From assembly GCA_026645815.1 (NCBI GenBank), contig JAPKMR010000007.1:25317-89316 (forward strand): a stretch of DNA of 64,000 nt. The letters run 5' to 3'. Positions within the stretch are counted from its first letter, which is position 1. Every line of letters starts with the position of its first letter. Under the pieces are notes generated by a model. The model saw nothing but the letters and a program-made list of their open reading frames with translations. It searched no databases and was not told the origin of the DNA. Below are positions 57,863 to 64,000 of this stretch, in pieces. A program made the translations under genes and the position numbers. The DNA is from Anaerolineae bacterium. Its GTDB lineage: Bacteria > Chloroflexota > Anaerolineae > B4-G1 > SLSP01.

Positions 57863-59686
57863 TTACCATGGGTAGGACTGCACTTCCCACTCTGGACGGT
57901 ACGTCCACCAGGGCAGAATCCCATAAGAGGCATTGACTTCTTCCTCATCGTAGAGTTCCAGCATGCACTGGTACCAACTTAGCCCCTCGGTTTTCTGGAA
58001 GTGCCACCATTCGATATCAAACCACGAAGTACGCCACCCGGAAAGGGCGTTGCGGCGTTCCCAGTCGTAATCTGCAGCAAGCGCAGTGAAATCTACATAA
58101 TATCCGGCTGGAACTTCGCTCTTGAGTTCTCCTCCCTGGACTGCTGCAAGCCCACCTTTGGACCGCGCTGACAGGTCCCAGGGGCGATCGCGCATCGGTT
58201 CTCCAAGGCTGCCATCCTGGCGTGCGGCTTTGATGTAGACGCGCCAGTAAGTAACGCCGCCGATATCTTCTCGAACCAGCTCGATTTGCCCGTTGCTCAG
58301 GAAACCCTGGTTGATATCAACAGCGCGACCGCAAACGTGCCAGGAGATGCGACCCTGTCCTGGGCGCGGCGTATGGTTCATTGTGCGCCATGAATCACCC
58401 AGGATGCTCAAATAGTCCCAACCAGTGTCCTCTTGCACGCGCTGTCGTAAAGCATTAAAGCTATCATTGACACGGTCGCTCAGTTTTTCGACATTATCGC
58501 CATTGTTCACGCCTGGAAGCCCTACCAGATCGTAGGCGCTCGGCTTTGCTTCGGTGTTGAGCAGTAGTTCTACATACAGTGGCGATTCTTGTTGTGTCAT
58601 GCGTGCCGCTAACTGCTGTGAGAGTTCTGCGGGAATAGCGTGCCGACTCCAACTGGGGCTGGACATCCAATCGGTTGAGCTATAACCCTCTTGCGCCAAT
58701 GCCCAACCGGCAATGTTAGCCGCGACCAGGTACGAGGTATCACTGCGCCGGTAGATGTATGCCAGCGCCCCTCCATCCGGTGACCAGGTGGGCTGTCCAC
58801 CGGTGCCAAAGAGCATCGGGCGCAATTCGCCAGTTGTGACCGCGGCAGTATCAAAGGGCAGGATGCGGTTCTCTTCATTGCCTGGTGTACCGGCTGAATA
58901 TGCCAGAAAAGCACCATCGGGCGCCCAGGCAGCATAGTCTTCTTGTTGCTCCAACGAATTGGTGAGATTGAGCACCTCGCCTGTATCGAGGGAGATGACG
59001 TGAATATCCTTGCTCCCATCACGCAAGGAAGTAAAGGCAATATGGCGTCCATTGGGCGACCAGGCCGGCGAGAAATCGGGGGCAGGGTGATTGGTGAGCT
59101 CGTATTTCTCTTCGCCATTGACATTGATTACGTAAATGTCGAAGTTCTCGCCGTTGTATACTTCATAGGCAAGCCATTGGCTATCTGGGGACCATGTAGG
59201 ACGCGCTTCGAACAGGGTGTCGCGAGTGAGACGCAGCACAGTGCCTGTTTGCATATCCATGAGATAGATATCCCAACTGTGGGAGCGTTGCGACGCAAAT
59301 GCCAACCAACGACCGTCTGGAGACCAGGCTGGGTCGCGATCAGCTGCTGGATCATACGTGAGGCGAAGCAATTGCCCATCATTTTGTGAGAGCAGGTAGA
59401 TGTCGCTATTGCCATTATGGCGCATGGTAAAGGCCAATGTTCCACCACTGCCCACCGGGGTAGGGCTTGGTTCGGGAGCAACTGGTGTACCAGGGGTGGG
59501 GGTCACGACAATGATTTGTGTCTCGCCTGGCAGCGACAGCGTCGTTTTGGGTAAAGTTGCCAATCGTATCAGGGCCGCCATCACGAAAAAGAGGCAAACC
59601 CAGAATAGAACCGGCAGCTGCACCACTCGTGGGCGGAAGAGCGCCTTAATCCAACGGAAGAGCACAAACCCCTTTGGTTGTTCCAT
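57863..59686 (-). CDS. Membrane-anchored TolB-like PD40 beta-propeller fused to an M15-like zinc peptidase domain
   Basis: Repeated PAWSPDG/PTWSPD blades; C-terminal SWHVCGRAVD (SxHxxGxAxD) and EWWHF. Confidence 0.75.
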   Translation of the reverse strand: MEQPKGFVLFRWIKALFRPRVVQLPVLFWVCLFFVMAALIRLATLPKTTLSLPGETQIIVVTPTPGTPVAPEPSPTPVGSGGTLAFTMRHNGNSDIYLLSQNDGQLLRLTYDPAADRDPAWSPDGRWLAFASQRSHSWDIYLMDMQTGTVLRLTRDTLFEARPTWSPDSQWLAYEVYNGENFDIYVINVNGEEKYELTNHPAPDFSPAWSPNGRHIAFTSLRDGSKDIHVISLDTGEVLNLTNSLEQQEDYAAWAPDGAFLAYSAGTPGNEENRILPFDTAAVTTGELRPMLFGTGGQPTWSPDGGALAYIYRRSDTSYLVAANIAGWALAQEGYSSTDWMSSPSWSRHAIPAELSQQLAARMTQQESPLYVELLLNTEAKPSAYDLVGLPGVNNGDNVEKLSDRVNDSFNALRQRVQEDTGWDYLSILGDSWRTMNHTPRPGQGRISWHVCGRAVDINQGFLSNGQIELVREDIGGVTYWRVYIKAARQDGSLGEPMRDRPWDLSARSKGGLAAVQGGELKSEVPAGYYVDFTALAADYDWERRNALSGWRTSWFDIEWWHFQKTEGLSWYQCMLELYDEEEVNASYGILPWWTYRPEWEVQSYPW

Positions 59687-59764
59687 GGTATGAAAGATAG
59701 TCGTTTTGGGGTGAATGTCAAGTAGAGGCTTGGGATTTGGGCGTTTGCGGCAACAGGTTGAAGG

Positions 59765-60586
59765 TTATTCCAGATTGTAGTATGTTAGTAGCAGGCGCTC
59801 GAAAAGGCGTGAGGGCAAGAAGGGTTTTATGCGCGCTGCAAGCCGTTGGGGGAAGGGCCCGATGAGATAGCGCATCCTCGGTTTTCTGGCAGCGACAATC
59901 TTGACCACGCTACAAGCCACTTTCTCCGGCGAAAAACCGTTGCGCTCATCGGTTTCGATTTTCATAAGCGCCTGGCGATAGCGTGTGGCATAAGGCGAAT
60001 CTAGATCGGTGGCAGCTGCCGCGTGCAGCCGGTTGGCGGTGAATGCCGTGCTCACATCACCTGGCTCGACTAGCACGACGTGAATGCCTGAACCGGTTAG
60101 CTCCAATCGCAGCGATTCTGTGAAGCCCTCGACGGCGTATTTGCTGGCACTGTACGGCGCCTGGTAGGGTAACCCCATCAAGCCACCGATTGAACTCATA
60201 TTGATGATGAGCCCCGTTCTCTGTTTTCGCATGATGGGCAGCACCGCACGGCACACTCGAACTACGCCGAAGAAGTTCACATCAAAGAGCGACTGGGCTT
60301 CCTCAAGTGTCGTATCTTCCACTGCCCCACCAAAGCCTTTACCGCTGTTGTTCAGGACGCAATCGAGCCGACCCTCATGCTCCATGATTTTCTGGATGGC
60401 GGCATCCACTGATGCCTCTTGGGTCACATCCATGCATAGTGGTGTAAATGCGGTAGCTGTGCGGAAGGTCTGACGACTGGTACCGTAGACCCGGTGTCCC
60501 AGCGCGGCGAGGTCTGTCGCGCAGGCAAACCCTATCCCAGAAGATGCGCCGGTAATGAGAATCACTTTTGCGTGGGTAGCATTCAT
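59765..60586 (-). CDS. Short-chain dehydrogenase/reductase
   Basis: TGASSGIG, NNSG, YSASK, VEPG. Confidence 0.93.
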   Translation of the reverse strand: MNATHAKVILITGASSGIGFACATDLAALGHRVYGTSRQTFRTATAFTPLCMDVTQEASVDAAIQKIMEHEGRLDCVLNNSGKGFGGAVEDTTLEEAQSLFDVNFFGVVRVCRAVLPIMRKQRTGLIINMSSIGGLMGLPYQAPYSASKYAVEGFTESLRLELTGSGIHVVLVEPGDVSTAFTANRLHAAAATDLDSPYATRYRQALMKIETDERNGFSPEKVACSVVKIVAARKPRMRYLIGPFPQRLAARIKPFLPSRLFERLLLTYYNLE

Positions 60587-60716
60587 GGCTCTCGATATTC
60601 CTCCAGGAGGTTAATGATATGTTACAGCTTTATCTTTGTCCCAGGATTCTTGTGACAAAGTAATACGTATCAGTATATGGGAGGTCGTTGCGCTGTCAAC
60701 GCTAGTTCTTTGGTGA

Positions 60717-60806
60717 GTGATTTTTCACGTCGTGGCGCAGCCACACCGTGAAAAATCACCTCTCTCACACGTCCCTACAGGGCGCGTCCTGTAGGGACGT
60801 GTGAGA
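60717..60806. repeat. Two adjacent long inverted repeats (REP-like)
   Basis: GTGATTTTTCACG/CGTGAAAAATCAC (60717-60759) and TCTCACACGTCCCTACAGG/CCTGTAGGGACGTGTGAGA (60763-60806). Confidence 0.8.
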
Positions 60807-60837
60807 TTGTCGCCCGGCATGAAATACACCCCGGAAA

Positions 60838-60892
60838 GGGATTCCGTTGCAGGTCGCTGACCGAGAAGCCCTCTGAATGGCTACAAATGCCC
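60838..60892. mobile_element. Internally deleted, degenerate copy of the 26556-26712 element, in opposite orientation
   Basis: GGGATTCCGTTGCAGGTCGCTGACCG + AGAAGCCC...GCTACAAATGCCC match both ends of the reverse complement of 26556-26712; flanked by GGAAA on both sides. Confidence 0.6.
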
Positions 60893-60903
60893 GGAAAAAC
60901 CGT

Positions 60904-60934
60904 CTATTGACAAATTGACAATAGATGTTATACT
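60904..60934 (+). promoter_or_regulatory. Sigma70-type promoter overlapped by a near-palindrome
   Basis: TTGACA(60907)-16 bp-TATACT with extended TG; CTATTGACAAATTGACAATAG dyad. Confidence 0.55.
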
Positions 60935-61016
60935 TTTAGCAGGGTATGTACCGGAATGGTCTTCACCAAGTGGTGGGGAGCGGTCATATTTCCATCAATT
61001 GAGGAGGTTTTTGAAT

Positions 61017-61397
61017 ATGTCTATTGTAATTTCCGCCAGCGCTGCCGATTTGGATGCGCCTGTTAGTCCGATTTTTGCACGTTGTCAGTACTTCATCTTT
61101 GTGAATCCGGAGACGTTGGAATTTGAGGCGTTGCCCAATCCTGCGATTGGCGCATCTGGGGGAGCTGGTGTTCAGGCGGCGCAGTTGGTCCTTCGACGTG
61201 GTGTGCGGGCCGTTATTGCGCCTAATCTTGGACCTAATGCCTTTCGGATCGTTGTAGCCGCGGGCGTGCCGGCTTATCAGCAGCAGGGTGCAACTGTACG
61301 TGAAGTGATTGCCGCCTTCAACGCTGGGCAATTGTTGCGGTTGGATACACCTGGCGCTGATCATGTCGGTTTGGTTGGCGGACGGCACCACCGGTAA
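61017..61397 (+). CDS. NifB/NifX-family (FeMo-cofactor-binding-like) small protein
   Basis: F.RC.YFIFV, N.A....GAGVQAAQ, GPNAF; ATG at 61017 after GAGGAGG. Confidence 0.85.
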   Translation: MSIVISASAADLDAPVSPIFARCQYFIFVNPETLEFEALPNPAIGASGGAGVQAAQLVLRRGVRAVIAPNLGPNAFRIVVAAGVPAYQQQGATVREVIAAFNAGQLLRLDTPGADHVGLVGGRHHR

Positions 61398-61506
61398 TAG
61401 TGATGGGGGATGGTGGATAGCGATTTTAGCCATGCGATGGCATAACAAATGGCTTCGCGGGGGGTGTTTTGCATGATCAGGGTACTGGATTATTCGTAGA
61501 GGTGAG

Positions 61507-61725
61507 ATGATGAATCGTGGACAGGGTGGTGGTAGTGGCGGTGGTCGTGGCGGCGGCGTGGGGCGTGGGCGAGGTTTAGGCCCCGGACGTGGTGGCGGTA
61601 CGGCAGCTGGTCCCGGAGGTGTTTGCGTTTGTCCGGCTTGTGGGCATCGTGAGTCACACGTGCCCGGACAGCCCTGCACCAGTAGAGTTTGTCCTGAATG
61701 CGGAACGCGGATGATTCGGGAATGA
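61507..61725 (+). CDS. Small Gly/Arg-rich protein with a Cys-rich metal-binding C-terminus
   Basis: GRGRG-rich N-terminus; AGPGGVCVCPACG...H..G.PC....CPECG. Confidence 0.8.
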   Translation: MMNRGQGGGSGGGRGGGVGRGRGLGPGRGGGTAAGPGGVCVCPACGHRESHVPGQPCTSRVCPECGTRMIRE

Positions 61726-62591
61726 GGGTTGCAATTGCCAGTGGCAAGGGGGGCACGGGGAAAACTACCGTGGCGGTAAGCCTGGCGCTTAGTCTGGCGG
61801 AGTATCACCCCCTGTTACTCGATTGTGATGTGGAGGAGCCGAATGCCGCACTCTTTTTGCGTCCAGCGTTTACCGCTCAACGTGAGGTGGGGCAATGGGT
61901 TCCGGTGGTGAATCCGGCGGTGTGCACCGGTTGTGGGCGCTGTGCTGAGGTGTGTGAATATCATGCAATCACGGTGGTTGGCAAGCAGGTCTTTATCTTT
62001 CCGGAACTCTGTCATGGCTGCGGCAGTTGCTCGCGTCAATGTCCGGTAGGTGCATTGCACGAGGATCTGGATGTGATCGGCTCATTGGATCAGGGTCAGG
62101 CTGAGCAGATCACCTTCTTCCAGGGGACGCTCAACGTAGGCGAGGCGATGGCTGTGCCGGTAATTCGGCAACTGAAGCAATGGGGGCTTCAGAGTAACGT
62201 CCATCAGGCTCAGCCAGTGATTCTTGACGCGCCACCGGGTGCTTCCTGCCCCGTTGTCGAGACATTGCGCGGTGCAGATGCGGTGTTGTTGGTGACAGAA
62301 CCAACACCCTTTGGTCTGCATGATCTCCGTGTGGCTGTGGAAGTGGTTCGTGAGATGGAGACTGCTCGGGGAACCTCGTTGCCGGTGGCGGTCGTCGTAA
62401 ACCGTGATGGTGCTGGAGATAGCGGTGTAGATGCTTTCTGCGCTGCTGAAGGCATACCTATCCTGATGAGGATTCCGTTGGAGCGTGGTATTGCGGAGGG
62501 TATTGCCCAGGGAAAGACGTTGATAGACATCTATCCCGAATACAGTGCGCAATTTGCCCAACTTTGGCAGGAACTGGTGGCGTTGCGATGA
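61722..62591 (+). CDS. MinD-superfamily P-loop ATPase with inserted 2x[4Fe-4S] domain (COG1149-type), copy 1
   Basis: SGKGGTGKTT, DCDVEEPN, CTGCGRCAEVC, CHGCGSC, DAPPGASCP, VTEPTPFGLHDL. Confidence 0.9.
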   Translation: MRVAIASGKGGTGKTTVAVSLALSLAEYHPLLLDCDVEEPNAALFLRPAFTAQREVGQWVPVVNPAVCTGCGRCAEVCEYHAITVVGKQVFIFPELCHGCGSCSRQCPVGALHEDLDVIGSLDQGQAEQITFFQGTLNVGEAMAVPVIRQLKQWGLQSNVHQAQPVILDAPPGASCPVVETLRGADAVLLVTEPTPFGLHDLRVAVEVVREMETARGTSLPVAVVVNRDGAGDSGVDAFCAAEGIPILMRIPLERGIAEGIAQGKTLIDIYPEYSAQFAQLWQELVALR

Positions 62592-63463
62592 AACAGCTCG
62601 TCATTCTTAGTGGCAAAGGCGGGACAGGCAAGACTACGGTGACGGCAGCGCTGGCGCATCTGGCATCGCAGTCCCACCGCGTAGTCCTTGCTGACGCTGA
62701 CGTGGACGCGGCCAACCTGGGTCTGGTGCTCTCTCCCGTTACGGAGGCAACTTCCGATTTCATGGGGGGGAAAATAGCAGAGATTGATCCGGCTGTGTGC
62801 ATCGCTTGCGGTCGTTGCGCTGAGGTGTGTCGCTTCGATGCGGTACGTCCCGGGGGGGTCTATACTATAGATTCATTGGGCTGTGAGGGCTGTGCTGCCT
62901 GCTTCTATGAATGTCCGGTGCAAGCCATTACCATGGTGCCGCAACATGCCGGACAGTGGTTTATTGCATCCACGCGCTATGGGCCGTTGTACCATGCACG
63001 CCTTTTTGCCGGACAGGAGAATTCCGGGAAATTGGTCACCTTGGTCAAGCAGATGGCGCGGCTACGCGCGTCGGAGGAAAGCGCCGACCTGCTCTTGGTG
63101 GACGGACCTCCCGGTATCGGTTGTCCGGTAATTGCTGCGCTCTCAGGGGCTGACCTGGTATTGATTGTGACCGAACCGACGGTATCGGGCGTGCACGATT
63201 TGGAGCGGATTCTAGGGCTTAGCGCGCATTTCAAGACGAAGGCGGTAGTGTTGTTGAACAAGGCTGATCTCAGCCCGGTGCATGCCGAAGCTGTTGTATC
63301 TGCCTGTGCGGCGCGAGAAGTCCTGGTAGTGGGGCATCTGCCTTATGATCCAGAAGTGACCACAAGCATGGTGCGCGGCGAACCGGTTACAACAGGAGAT
63401 GGTCCCTTGAATGCGGGATTGCGGCAGGTTTGGGCGTTGCTTGTGGAGCAGCTGGCTTTATAG
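62588..63463 (+). CDS. MinD-superfamily P-loop ATPase with inserted 2x[4Fe-4S] domain (COG1149-type), copy 2
   Basis: SGKGGTGKTT, DADVDAANL, CIACGRC, CEGCAAC, ENSGKLV, DGPPGIGCPVIA. Confidence 0.9.
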   Translation: MKQLVILSGKGGTGKTTVTAALAHLASQSHRVVLADADVDAANLGLVLSPVTEATSDFMGGKIAEIDPAVCIACGRCAEVCRFDAVRPGGVYTIDSLGCEGCAACFYECPVQAITMVPQHAGQWFIASTRYGPLYHARLFAGQENSGKLVTLVKQMARLRASEESADLLLVDGPPGIGCPVIAALSGADLVLIVTEPTVSGVHDLERILGLSAHFKTKAVVLLNKADLSPVHAEAVVSACAAREVLVVGHLPYDPEVTTSMVRGEPVTTGDGPLNAGLRQVWALLVEQLAL

Positions 63464-63482
63464 ATGAGTCGAGGGGGCGCCA

Positions 63483-63944
63483 ATGTTGAACGATTCAGGA
63501 TGGATGCAGGTATTGAGCAAGGTTCTGCGACCGGCTTTTGGACTGGCTCTGTTCCTTTCGCAATTCACTGCCACTCGCGATACATTGTTCACTGAGAGTG
63601 GTGCTTTACTCGGATTGGGTGTTGTGTTGATTGGAGCTGGCGTGGGTTTGTGGGTGAGTGCCTCGCGTCACTTGCAGCGGGTTAAGAATCAGGATATCTT
63701 TGCACAAACGGGACCGTATCAGGTTGTCCGGCATCCAATCTATGCCAGTATTTACCTTTTTTCATTGGGCTTAGGATTTCTGTTTTTTGCCTGGGCGTGG
63801 TTTGGCGTGCTCTTGGTATTCGCGCCACTATGGGTAATGGAATGCCGGGCAGAGGAGCGCGAGATGGAGAGAATCCACGGACCGGCATACCGAACATATC
63901 AACAGCGCACAGGCATGTTCTTTCCCAAGGTGCAGCTTAAGTAG
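63483..63944 (+). CDS. Isoprenylcysteine carboxyl methyltransferase/PEMT-family membrane protein
   Basis: TGPYQVVRHPIY, EEREM...HG..YR.YQQRTGMFFP. Confidence 0.85.
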   Translation: MLNDSGWMQVLSKVLRPAFGLALFLSQFTATRDTLFTESGALLGLGVVLIGAGVGLWVSASRHLQRVKNQDIFAQTGPYQVVRHPIYASIYLFSLGLGFLFFAWAWFGVLLVFAPLWVMECRAEEREMERIHGPAYRTYQQRTGMFFPKVQLK

Positions 63945-64000
63945 TATGCGCACATACCTGGATTGTCACCCTTGTTTTTTGCGCCAGGCATTGAGTGCGG

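Noticed and set aside
61017-61397. Nitrogen fixation inferred from the NifB/NifX-like gene
   Set aside because: No nifHDK; this family is common in non-diazotrophic anaerobes
60984-61808. 274-aa Pro-rich minus-strand ORF
   Set aside because: Mirror of the Gly-rich gene and neighbours on the + strand

Overview
A gene-dense bacterial chromosomal window, most likely from an anaerobic Chloroflexota (Anaerolineae-like) genome; this is inferred from a C-terminal YLPLLLR-type tail on a secreted protease, poly-Cys membrane anchors and gene content. I found no rRNA, tRNA, CRISPR array or transposase. Housekeeping and envelope genes include PBP1C, purB, mreB, murI, murE, glycosyltransferases, bactofilin, ABC exporters, two-component genes and secreted S8 and M6-like proteases. 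Three bioenergetic blocks stand out. (1) An N-type, Na+-signature ATPase operon atpDCQRBEFA-x-G, where x is a DarA/PstA-like (c-di-AMP receptor family) PII-like protein. (2) An operon moaD-aor-4x[4Fe-4S]-hdrA::mvhD-hdrC-hdrB-fwdF-like polyferredoxin, with a membrane tail on HdrC; it looks like a methanogen Hdr-Fwd electron-bifurcating wiring in which a W/Mo aldehyde oxidoreductase replaces Fwd. (3) Directly downstream, a membrane-arm-only complex I cluster nuoAHJKLMN, whose NuoL lateral helix has four 26-residue units (about three more than canonical) although only one nuoM is present. Also seen: a small inverted-repeat (MITE-like) element in two copies, a TolB-propeller/M15-peptidase fusion and several probable leaderless promoters. 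All product calls come from motif recognition by eye, with no database searches.
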